From contig JBHLLU010000004.1 in NCBI GenBank assembly GCA_048938895.1, forward strand, positions 1,721-65,720: a stretch of DNA of 64,000 bases, in the 5' to 3' direction. The DNA is from Promethearchaeota archaeon. Its GTDB lineage: Archaea; Asgardarchaeota; Lokiarchaeia; Sigyniarchaeales; SOKP01. A model generated the notes under the pieces. The model was not told the origin of the DNA. It saw only the letters and a program-made list of their open reading frames with translations, and did no database searches. The translations under genes and the position numbers were made by a program. Below, piece after piece: positions 27,774 through 36,594 of this stretch. Position 1 is the first letter of the stretch; every line of letters starts with the position of its first letter.

Positions 27774-30686
27774 ATGACCGATTATAGATATATAAAGTTT
27801 TTTGAAGATTTAAGAGTTAATGATGTTCCTCTTGTAGGGGGAAAAAATGCTTCTCTTGGTGAATTATTAAGCTTTGGTATTGCTGTTCCCCTAGGATTTG
27901 CAGTTACTTCCAATGCTTTTGATAATGTTTTAGATACTAACTATTATACTATTAAGGAGAAAGAGGTATCACTCCGAGAATTGATTTCCAGAGACATAAA
28001 AAAAATCTCAAATGAATTAAAATCAGAAGACATCAAGGCTGTAGAAATAGTCGATAAGATTTGCGCAAATATTCGATACGTAATCGAGCAATCAAAGATT
28101 CCAGATTCATTAGCAGATGAAATATTAGACGCATATAATAGATTAATTGAAAAAATTGGAGGAGAATCTACATTCGCAGTAAGAAGTTCAGCCACGGCGG
28201 AAGACTTACCTGATGCATCCTTTGCAGGACAGCAAGATACTCATCTTAACATATCAGGAGAAAAAGAGATCTTAGAATATATCTTAAAGGATATGGCTTC
28301 AGTTTTTACCACTCGTGCAACAATGTATCGAGAACGTGCAGGTTTCGATCATTTCTCTGTGAAATTGTCAGTCGGAGTTCAAGAAATGGCAGGAGGTTTA
28401 AATGGTGTAAAGGCTTCTGGTGTAATGTTCACTGAAGATCCTGACTCAGGAAATCCAAATGTTCTCGTCATTCGAGGAACATGGGGTTTAGGTGAATTAA
28501 TTGTACAGGGTGTAGAAAAAGGCGATGAATTCATTGTCTTTAAACATGATCCGAATGGTCTTAGAATAATTCGTCGAGAACTGGTAAAAAAAGAAAAAAT
28601 GATGATTTTTTCTGAAGGAGCTGAAAAAATCGGAACGGAAGTAGTCCCTGTACCTGAAGATCGACAATTAGAATATTGTCTAACAGAAAATCAAGTTTTA
28701 ACTTTAGCAGATTATGCTCAAAAAATTAGAGCTCATTATGGAAGAAGAATGGATATTGAATGGGCTGTTGGGAACAATGGGAAAGTCTATATAGTACAAG
28801 CTCGTCCTGAAACTGTTCACAGTATAAAAGGTGATGTCGAGGAAATCTTTTATCTCTTGGAAGATCCAGAAGAATTATCCCGAAATAATTTGTTAATTGA
28901 AAACTCAGGAATAGCTATAGGAAGACGAATCGGTTATGGAAAAGTGAAGATCATAGAATCAATTAACAATGCTCATCTTTTAAAGGAGGGAGATATCCTT
29001 ATTACTGAAGAAACTAATCCTGATTGGACTTCATACATGCAAAATTTAGGAGGTGTAATCACCGAACGCGGAGGTCCTACATGCCATGCAGCAATAGTAT
29101 CTAGAGAACTAAACATCGCTTCAATAGTAGGTGCCGATGATATAGTACAGATTATGAAAGAAAAACACCGAGAAGGTATTGAGTATGTTACTATTGATTG
29201 TAGTGAAGGAGAACCCAGAATATGGTTAAAAGATGTCGAGTATGATTTTGATACAATTGAATTTGCTAAACTTCCTGAAACTAAGACTAAAGTACTAGTA
29301 AATTTAGGAATCCCCAAAGGAGCACTTTCTTCGGGAAAATATCCAGATGGAACGGGTTTAGCAAGATTAGAATTTATAATTAATGATGAGATTCAAATCC
29401 ATCCAAATGCCTTAATAGATTTTGAAGCTTTAGTAATGAGGTATGATATCCTTCTAGATCAGAGAAATAAAATTGAAAATATTAAAAAAAGCGATTTATA
29501 TCATAAAGATCCATTTAATCGGGAAATTTTTCAACTTAAACAAACCTTAGATAAGATAAAACAACTTACAGTCGGTTATGAGAATAAAGAGAACTTTTAC
29601 GTAGAAAAATTGGCGGAAGGAATTGCGACTATTGCTGCAAGTGTATGGAAGAAATTACCTGATGGTAGTTTTGCTGAATGTGTGGTAAGACTTTCAGATT
29701 TTAAAACTAATGAATATGCAAATCTAATTGGTGGCTGGATTTATGAAGGAGAAGAAAATAATCCACTTTTAGGTTTTCGAGGTTGCTCACGATATACCCA
29801 TGATGAGTTTCAAGAAGCTTTTCTTCTGGAATTGAGAGCAATTAAAAAAGCTAGAGATTGGGGTTTAAAAAACATAATACCTATGTTACCTTTCTGTCGT
29901 AGTTCTGATGAAGCAGCTCAGATAATAGAAATCATGGAGAGTGAAGGATTAATCCGGGGAAAAGATGGACTAAAAGTTTATGTTATGGCAGAAATTCCCT
30001 CAAATATTATTTGTGCAGATTTATTCTGTAAATATATAGACGGTTTTTCGATTGGTTCAAATGATCTAACGATGCTTACTTATGGTGTAGATAGAGACGA
30101 AGCTAAATTAATCCCAATAGCAAAGAGATTTCAATACACTACAAACAGTGAAGCACTTAGGAGATCATTGAGTCATCTCATCAAAACAGCTCATGAGCAT
30201 GGAAAAAAAGTTGGTATTTGTGGTCAGGCTCCAAGTGATGACCCAGATTTCCTTCGTTTTCTAGTAAGAGAGGGGATTGATTCAATTTCCCTTAATTTTG
30301 ATACATTTGCTCGAGGACGAATAAATTGCAATAGAACGGAAATTATTGAAGCTAAGCTCAGTGAAGAAAATAAAAAGAAGTCTTATGATTTCTTAAATGA
30401 ATGTGATAATTTAATAGAAAAAATTAGAATACCACGAGGTAAGCTTAGGAATATGGTTCGAAAGCTTGCTAAAGAACAGAATCAAAAGTTATTAGATTCT
30501 ACAAAAAATTTTGATGATATCTTTGAAAATCTTCAAGAATTATCGTATGATTTTGTAAGAGAAATAGACCAAAATAAAATTGACAAATTTGATAAGTGCT
30601 ATGAGAAATATAATAATGAAATTCAAGGATTTAAGGAAAAAATTCCAGAATTGAGACGAGAAATTCGTGAATTTGGAATATATTAA
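27774..30686 (+). CDS. ppsA: Phosphoenolpyruvate synthase-like enzyme with internal insertion and C-terminal coiled-coil extension
   Basis: VGGKNASLGEL; phosphohistidine motif ERGGPTCHAAIVSRELNIASIVG; C-terminal PEP-utiliser barrel with FSIGSNDLTMLTYG. I prefer the ATG at 27774 (MTDYRYIKFFEDL) over the TTG at 27723. About 150 extra K/E-rich residues follow the barrel. Confidence 0.8.
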   Translation: MTDYRYIKFFEDLRVNDVPLVGGKNASLGELLSFGIAVPLGFAVTSNAFDNVLDTNYYTIKEKEVSLRELISRDIKKISNELKSEDIKAVEIVDKICANIRYVIEQSKIPDSLADEILDAYNRLIEKIGGESTFAVRSSATAEDLPDASFAGQQDTHLNISGEKEILEYILKDMASVFTTRATMYRERAGFDHFSVKLSVGVQEMAGGLNGVKASGVMFTEDPDSGNPNVLVIRGTWGLGELIVQGVEKGDEFIVFKHDPNGLRIIRRELVKKEKMMIFSEGAEKIGTEVVPVPEDRQLEYCLTENQVLTLADYAQKIRAHYGRRMDIEWAVGNNGKVYIVQARPETVHSIKGDVEEIFYLLEDPEELSRNNLLIENSGIAIGRRIGYGKVKIIESINNAHLLKEGDILITEETNPDWTSYMQNLGGVITERGGPTCHAAIVSRELNIASIVGADDIVQIMKEKHREGIEYVTIDCSEGEPRIWLKDVEYDFDTIEFAKLPETKTKVLVNLGIPKGALSSGKYPDGTGLARLEFIINDEIQIHPNALIDFEALVMRYDILLDQRNKIENIKKSDLYHKDPFNREIFQLKQTLDKIKQLTVGYENKENFYVEKLAEGIATIAASVWKKLPDGSFAECVVRLSDFKTNEYANLIGGWIYEGEENNPLLGFRGCSRYTHDEFQEAFLLELRAIKKARDWGLKNIIPMLPFCRSSDEAAQIIEIMESEGLIRGKDGLKVYVMAEIPSNIICADLFCKYIDGFSIGSNDLTMLTYGVDRDEAKLIPIAKRFQYTTNSEALRRSLSHLIKTAHEHGKKVGICGQAPSDDPDFLRFLVREGIDSISLNFDTFARGRINCNRTEIIEAKLSEENKKKSYDFLNECDNLIEKIRIPRGKLRNMVRKLAKEQNQKLLDSTKNFDDIFENLQELSYDFVREIDQNKIDKFDKCYEKYNNEIQGFKEKIPELRREIREFGIY

Positions 30687-30768
30687 AAATTAACTAAAAT
30701 CCAAAAAATTATATTTTAAAAAATATTTCCTAATCTACATTTCTCACTATTTTTGGTGATCCTTCTCT

Positions 30769-31044
30769 ATGACTAAGGAATTTAGTGATGATGTTAAAAA
30801 GGCTTTTGAGACAGTTGAAAATCTTCTAAATGGTCTAATAGGAGATCGAAGTGTGCCTCGAAATATCAAAAGAGTGGCTCAACGTAGTGTTGATGAATTA
30901 CATAAAGAAGATGAGACTCAAGGAGTCATATCAAGTAATATTATGTATATGGTGGATGATCTAAGTCAAGATCCAAATATCCCCTTCGCGGCACGTACAA
31001 CAATTTACCGAATCATCTCAATTTTGGAAAATATCAAAGATTAA
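30769..31044 (+). CDS. UPF0147-family small archaeal protein
   Basis: GDRSVPRNIKRVAQRSVDEL ... DPNIPFAARTTIYRIISILE matches the UPF0147 pattern as I recall it. Confidence 0.55.
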   Translation: MTKEFSDDVKKAFETVENLLNGLIGDRSVPRNIKRVAQRSVDELHKEDETQGVISSNIMYMVDDLSQDPNIPFAARTTIYRIISILENIKD

Positions 31045-31177
31045 TCCATTATTAGAGATCTAGTGGCTGTTCATTTATTCCTGATCCAATCATTTATTAA
31101 ACTGAAAGATCATATATAATGGTAAGAATGTACCTCATTCTCGGTTATCATTCATATTAGGATGGTGAATTCTACTT

Positions 31178-31888
31178 TTGGCTTTAAAATTTAATGGTTG
31201 GATTGATGGGATTACAGCCTCAGGAGTGGTATTGTTAGGGATTATCTTTGGTCTTTTTTTTATATACAGATCAAGGAAATCAGGAGCAAAGCTTCTTTCA
31301 TATCTAGGTTTAGCAAATATGCTCGCAGGTTTAATGTTCTTAGGAGTGTTTATTGATTTTTTGTTAGTTTTAATTACAGAACATAATATAGATAATAACG
31401 GAATTGTAGCTATACTTTCTTATATTTGGTTTGCCCCCGTAATAATTACATCTATGTATATAGGTGCATTGCTTCTTACCCCAAAAATTAAACTTCATAT
31501 AGTCATAATTTTTGTGATTATTTCAATAGCATTTGAAATCATAATCTTTATTGACCCTTTAACCTCATTTAATTTTATCCCTGAACCTCCTACATCCCCA
31601 GATAGATTATTAATCGACTATAATGTCAATTTACTCACATTAGCAGGAATATTGATGGGGGGATTATTATTGCCTGTTCTCATATTTCTCGGTTTTGGGT
31701 TTCTAATTAAAGGATTAAAAACTTCAGGTGTGATTCGCAAAAATTTCTTATATTTATCGGCAGGTTCTATATGTTTTTGCATATTTGGATTGCTAGAGGG
31801 GTTGACAGTTCCTGGATTTCTAGTTATAATAGTGAGGATTGGATACCTTAGTTCTTTTTGGCTTATGTATCTAGGTTTAAAAGATTAA
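31178..31888 (+). CDS. Seven-TM membrane protein (paralogue of the membrane domain of 37967..39007)
   Basis: About 7 hydrophobic segments. Blocks shared with the 37967 protein: FIYRSRKSGAKLLSYLGLANMLAGLMFLGVFIDFLLVLITEHN, IAFEIIIFIDPLTSFNF, KTSGVIRKNFLYLSAGSI, VRIGYLSSFWLMYLGLK. TTG start. Confidence 0.6.
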   Translation: MALKFNGWIDGITASGVVLLGIIFGLFFIYRSRKSGAKLLSYLGLANMLAGLMFLGVFIDFLLVLITEHNIDNNGIVAILSYIWFAPVIITSMYIGALLLTPKIKLHIVIIFVIISIAFEIIIFIDPLTSFNFIPEPPTSPDRLLIDYNVNLLTLAGILMGGLLLPVLIFLGFGFLIKGLKTSGVIRKNFLYLSAGSICFCIFGLLEGLTVPGFLVIIVRIGYLSSFWLMYLGLKD

Positions 31889-31891
31889 ATC

Positions 31892-31902
31892 TTTTTTTTT
31901 TT
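31892..31902 (+). terminator. Oligo-T tract (T11) 4 nt after the stop of 31178..31888
   Basis: T11 on the coding strand directly after the TAA. Archaeal termination commonly uses oligo-T. Confidence 0.4.
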
Positions 31903-31991
31903 ATACCGATTATTATTTATACTACAATTATTTATTATTAGTTAAATCCTCAAAAATAACTATTGTATTTGATTAATATTCGTTCAGTATT

Positions 31992-33032
31992 ATGGAGAGA
32001 CAAATAATTAAAGCTATTATATATAATAGTTTAGATGAAGAAGTAGGGCCTAATCCTAAGGCTTATTTCCCAGAAGATTTCTCTCAATTAGATTTACTTC
32101 ATATTAGTGTTAAAACCTTTGCTGTTCTTACTGGTGAGAAGGGTTTTATCCCACAATCTGTTGTTATTTTGCCATTTCCATCCCTACAACTAAAAGGATT
32201 GATTAAATATATTCAATGGGAAGATCCAGATAAACGTGGGGGGATTGGACAAGCAAATATAACTTTATTATTTCAGGAAATGGATGATGTAATTTTTTAT
32301 AAGTATGTAAAAGAGCTCTCAGCCCCTTTCGGAGATATAGCTCAAAATATATCCTTTTTAGAAAAATCAGGCGCACCTAAAGAACAATACATTACTGAAT
32401 TACACAATCTTAAAAATGCAATTTTAGAACTTCTTGAAGTATATAGACAGAAAGAACTAGAAGCATCGAAAATTGAAGCTCTAACTGGGCAAATTACAGA
32501 TCGAAGCATGATTGATTATCAATTTAAGATAATCGTAGTAGGGGATCCTACAGTGGGAAAAACAAGTTTAATTTTAAGATATACTGATAATGCCTTTAGA
32601 AGATCATATGTATCCACTTTAGGTGTTCATGTTTCGAACAAAATTTTTAAAACTGAAGATTCAACAATTATTCAACTCGTGCTTTGGGATGTAGGGGGAC
32701 AAGAAAGGTTTAAACTCATGAGACAACAGTTTTACCAAGGATCTGATGCTATATTTCTAGTTTTTGATTTAACAAATCCGGAGTCTTTTGGTAATATTCC
32801 AATCTGGTATTCTGAAATTAAAAAATATATAAAAACTCCAGAAGAAGAACTAGAAGGTTTTATTATTGGGAATAAAAAAGATTTGGAAGAGAGAAAAATT
32901 ACTAGTGAAAGTGCTCAAAAATTAGCTGAACAGTTTAATTTAAAGTATCTTGAGACATCTGCACTATCAGGAGAAAATGTTGATTATGCTTTTACTACCC
33001 TCGCTAAAAACCTCTTTGAATCGAGAGTATAA
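31992..33032 (+). CDS. Longin-like N-domain fused to Rab/Ras-like small GTPase
   Basis: G1 VVGDPTVGKTS, switch I YVSTLGV, G3 LWDVGGQERF, G4 GNKKDL, G5 ETSALSGENV. N-domain: IIKAIIYNSLDEEVGPNPKAYFP...VVILPFPSLQLKGLIKYIQWED. No C-terminal Cys. Confidence 0.75.
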   Translation: MERQIIKAIIYNSLDEEVGPNPKAYFPEDFSQLDLLHISVKTFAVLTGEKGFIPQSVVILPFPSLQLKGLIKYIQWEDPDKRGGIGQANITLLFQEMDDVIFYKYVKELSAPFGDIAQNISFLEKSGAPKEQYITELHNLKNAILELLEVYRQKELEASKIEALTGQITDRSMIDYQFKIIVVGDPTVGKTSLILRYTDNAFRRSYVSTLGVHVSNKIFKTEDSTIIQLVLWDVGGQERFKLMRQQFYQGSDAIFLVFDLTNPESFGNIPIWYSEIKKYIKTPEEELEGFIIGNKKDLEERKITSESAQKLAEQFNLKYLETSALSGENVDYAFTTLAKNLFESRV

Positions 33033-33073
33033 AATACATTTGCTAACTTAGATTTTTACAACAACAGGAGATC

Positions 33074-33082
33074 TTTTTTTTT
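33074..33082 (+). terminator. Oligo-T tract (T9) downstream of 31992..33032
   Basis: A T9 run 42 nt after the stop codon, on the coding strand. Confidence 0.35.
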
Positions 33083-33115
33083 CTAAAAATTCTTCATATC
33101 ATATCTTTAGAGAGA

Positions 33116-33137
33116 TCGTGAAAGCCTTGTTTCACGA
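33116..33137 (+). other. Intergenic hairpin (8-bp stem, 6-nt loop)
   Basis: TCGTGAAA gccttg TTTCACGA in the 231-nt spacer between the two longin-Rab genes. Confidence 0.3.
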
Positions 33138-33263
33138 ACTTTCGAGCAAAGTTAATAGACAATTAAGGGCAAATAGTTTTTAAAATTTTAATAATTATTA
33201 TTCAAAAAAGAACTCAAATTACTACTGTTAAACCATTAACTATTTGAGCCCATAAGCTGTCTT

Positions 33264-34289
33264 ATGTCTGAAGAGATAATCAAAGCAATCGTGTACACTT
33301 CGCTTGATGAGTCAATTGGTCCTAATCCTCTTCTATGGATCCCACTTGATTTATCAGAAAAGATTCGAATGGGAGTAGGTATTAAAACCATTACCATGCT
33401 CACCACGGATCAAGGCATCGTACCTAATTCTTTAGTAATTGTACCCTTTCCGGCATTAAAATTAAAAGGTATTATCAAATATATTGAAAGAGAAGACTAT
33501 TCTCGACGAGGAGGAGTTGCATTATCTTCTCTTGCACTACTTTTTGGTGAAGCCGATGATCTGATTTTTTATAAATATATGGAGTATCTTGAACCTGTTT
33601 TCTCAGAAACTTCGAAAAGAGTTGTTGAATTAGAAAATGAAAAAACAAAAAGTGATGAGATTTTTGTTGAATTAGATAAATTCCGTCAAAAACTAACAGA
33701 AATTTTAGATGATTTATACAAAAAAGAGAAGTCAAACTCAGAATTAGAAGCTTTTCCTGAAGAAGAGATTAAAGATGATTTATTAGAATCTAATTTCAAA
33801 ATTATTGTATGCGGAGATCCTGGCGTAGGGAAGACAAGTACTGTTCTACGACTTACAAACAATGCTTTTATGCGTACTTATGTTCCTACATTAGGAGTAA
33901 GTATATCAGAACGGTTTATGATGTTAGGAGATAAGCCTATTAATCTAATTCTTTGGGATATTGCAGGTCAAAGTAAATTTGAGATAATGCGTCGTCACTT
34001 CTATAAAGGTACAGATGCGGTTATTCTTATCTTTGATCTTACTAGCCGAAAATCATTTGAAAGTGTTTCTAATTGGTTTAAGGATATAAGAAGATATGAA
34101 AATAACGTAATTGGTATTATTTTTGGAAATAAAGAAGATCTACAGGATAAGCGAATTATCTCTTTAGAAGAAGCCTTGGAGAAGGCAGAAAGTCTAAATC
34201 TAGAATATGTTGAAACCTCTGCTTTAACAGGTAAAAATATTGAAGATAGTTTCTATAAAGTGGCTGAAACTTTATTCAAACCAAGATAA
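33264..34289 (+). CDS. Longin-like N-domain fused to Rab/Ras-like small GTPase (tandem paralogue)
   Basis: G1 VCGDPGVGKTS, YVPTLGV, G3 LWDIAGQSKF, G4 GNKEDL, G5 ETSALTGKNI. N-domain: IIKAIVYTSLDESIGPNPLLWIP...LVIVPFPALKLKGIIKYIERED. Confidence 0.75.
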   Translation: MSEEIIKAIVYTSLDESIGPNPLLWIPLDLSEKIRMGVGIKTITMLTTDQGIVPNSLVIVPFPALKLKGIIKYIEREDYSRRGGVALSSLALLFGEADDLIFYKYMEYLEPVFSETSKRVVELENEKTKSDEIFVELDKFRQKLTEILDDLYKKEKSNSELEAFPEEEIKDDLLESNFKIIVCGDPGVGKTSTVLRLTNNAFMRTYVPTLGVSISERFMMLGDKPINLILWDIAGQSKFEIMRRHFYKGTDAVILIFDLTSRKSFESVSNWFKDIRRYENNVIGIIFGNKEDLQDKRIISLEEALEKAESLNLEYVETSALTGKNIEDSFYKVAETLFKPR

Positions 34290-34294
34290 TTTCC

Positions 34295-35836
34295 TTAATT
34301 AAAAATATCAGAATCATTCCAGAAGAAGGCTTTTGATTTTAATTCGGCTTTTATCGGATATTTTATTTCTTGATATTTTTTATCTTCAACGGATAAATCT
34401 GTATTAGATACCCACCATTTTGACTTCTTAAGATCATTTCTACTGGGAATCCACTCCTTCCATATCTCAGGGAGCCATTGTTGTTCATAGAATACCATCA
34501 AATCTGTAAGATACTTTATTCTCTCCTCATCTTCAATCCATCTGCACATAGGATCGTGAAGCATCGCTTTATAAATAAGATCAATATCATTTCCTAGGGC
34601 TGCATCAACAGTTAGTCTTTGCTGTTTACAGTGTGGAAGTAATAATTCAGCGATGTGATTAGGGAGCTTGATTCCATCTAAGGGTGTAATCACCTTATTG
34701 TTAAAATAGGCGGGAATTTCAACAATGCAATCACTTGGAAGTTTATCTATAATCTTGTTTCCATTTATCTCATTTGGAATATTAACTGCATGCAAAGATT
34801 TGTCATTATCAAAAAAACTGAGAGTCATATCAATTACTCTTTCTAAACTAGGACCCCTTATGTAAAAATTTTTAGGATTATTCGTTTCCTTTATTTTTTC
34901 ATAGAAAATTCTGCGTGCATTACCAATACTAGATACATTTCTCACTTGGGGAAATTTCCAATATGATGTTTGAATTTTATAGTTAAAATAATTATAATAG
35001 TCCGGTAAAAATTCTGCTATATGACGAGAACCAGGATAAGGATAATAATTATACTTTTCTAGTAGGTGAAAATTAAATCCACCTCTGTAATCATTTACTG
35101 GAGCATTAAGATTTTTTAAGACAAATTTATGAGGGTTGGATCTTAATTTATCATAAAGATCATTTTGAGACAACCCTATTTCAGTCAACCAAGCAAAATG
35201 GTTCACTCCCGCATACTTAATATCGATTTCATGTAAATTTTTAATTTTTATACTATGGAATTTATTAAAATATTTTAAAACAGGGTTTATACCAAAATAA
35301 AGTTCATGGCAAAGTCCAACAAATTGAATATCTTTTGAAATAGTATTTGCTGCCATTACAATTGTAGATTGGGGATTAGTATAATTAAGTATCGGAGCTT
35401 TAGGACATAATTCCTTCATATCCCTTACAATTCCCATAACTATCGGAATTACCCGTAATCCACGGAAGAGTCCTCCAGGACCTACAGTATCCCCCGTATT
35501 CTGGGGAATTCCGAGTTTTAGAGGTAGATATATATCATACCATTCTGATTCTTGGGTTCCCACAGAAATTGACTTATATACTATATCAGCATTCTCGAGT
35601 ATATCACGATGATTAACTGAAGAGGTAATCTTAATATCACATTTAAATTTTTTATTAGCCTCAATTATTTTAATAAAATATTTTTTTATTAAATTCAATG
35701 ATTTTGCATTTATATCGCATAGTCCAACTTCTAATGGCAATGAATTATTTGCAGACAATAGTATTAAATCATTGAAAAAAGCTGTGGAAAATCGAAATGA
35801 ACCTGCTCCAATATATCCAATTTTAATCCGTTCCAT
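34295..35836 (-). CDS. Glycoside hydrolase family 4 (NAD-dependent alpha-glucosidase/galactosidase-like)
   Basis: IKIGYIGAGSFRFS Rossmann start, LNYTNPQS, VGLCHE, HFAWL. Confidence 0.7.
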   Translation of the reverse strand: MERIKIGYIGAGSFRFSTAFFNDLILLSANNSLPLEVGLCDINAKSLNLIKKYFIKIIEANKKFKCDIKITSSVNHRDILENADIVYKSISVGTQESEWYDIYLPLKLGIPQNTGDTVGPGGLFRGLRVIPIVMGIVRDMKELCPKAPILNYTNPQSTIVMAANTISKDIQFVGLCHELYFGINPVLKYFNKFHSIKIKNLHEIDIKYAGVNHFAWLTEIGLSQNDLYDKLRSNPHKFVLKNLNAPVNDYRGGFNFHLLEKYNYYPYPGSRHIAEFLPDYYNYFNYKIQTSYWKFPQVRNVSSIGNARRIFYEKIKETNNPKNFYIRGPSLERVIDMTLSFFDNDKSLHAVNIPNEINGNKIIDKLPSDCIVEIPAYFNNKVITPLDGIKLPNHIAELLLPHCKQQRLTVDAALGNDIDLIYKAMLHDPMCRWIEDEERIKYLTDLMVFYEQQWLPEIWKEWIPSRNDLKKSKWWVSNTDLSVEDKKYQEIKYPIKAELKSKAFFWNDSDIFN

Positions 35837-36018
35837 GTCCTATATATCCCCAATCGAGATTTCGGAAACCCCTCAGTTTTATTTAACTCTAATTTAACCC
35901 TTAAAAGTTCGCGTTATTTTTAAATTGTGTGTTATTCCAAGAAAATTTAGGTAGAAAGAAAGTTTTTATAAAATCAAAAAAATAATTATTAATTCATAAA
36001 ATAAAAATTGATACTAAA

Positions 36019-36594
36019 ATGGATTTAGAAGAAATTATCTACAAAAGAAGAACAATAAGAAGATTTAAGCAAAACCCAGTTTCAATGGAAATATTAGAAA
36101 AGTTAATTGATTTTGCTCGAGTTGCTCCAGTAGCGAGAAATGTTCAAGCTCTTGAGTTTATCATTATTGAAGATGCTGAAATAAGAAAGAAAGTATTTCC
36201 CTTAGTAAGGTGGGCTGCCTCCTTACCTGAAAATCAAAGAACTCCGGAAGAAGGAAGAGAACCTACGGCCTATATTGTAGTTTTAGTAAATAAAGATCTT
36301 AAAAATGTGTATGTGGATTTTGATGTAGGCGCTGCTGTTGAAAATATATTATTGGGTGCAGTAAGTTATGGAATTGGAGCATGTTGGATGGGAGCAATAA
36401 ACTTTAGGAAAATTAAAGCGCTTTTTGAGATCCCTGATAACTATGAAATAAAGCAGGTTATAAGTTTAGGGTATCCTGATGAAGAGTCAGTTATGGAACC
36501 TTTTAAGGATTCCTATACTTATTGGAAAGATTCAAACGGAAAGATGCATGTTCCTAAAAGGAGTTTAGATGATATTATCTTCAAGAAATATTAA
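36019..36594 (+). CDS. Nitroreductase-family protein
   Basis: RRTIRRFKQNPVS, ARVAPVARNVQ, GACWMG. Confidence 0.75.
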   Translation: MDLEEIIYKRRTIRRFKQNPVSMEILEKLIDFARVAPVARNVQALEFIIIEDAEIRKKVFPLVRWAASLPENQRTPEEGREPTAYIVVLVNKDLKNVYVDFDVGAAVENILLGAVSYGIGACWMGAINFRKIKALFEIPDNYEIKQVISLGYPDEESVMEPFKDSYTYWKDSNGKMHVPKRSLDDIIFKKY

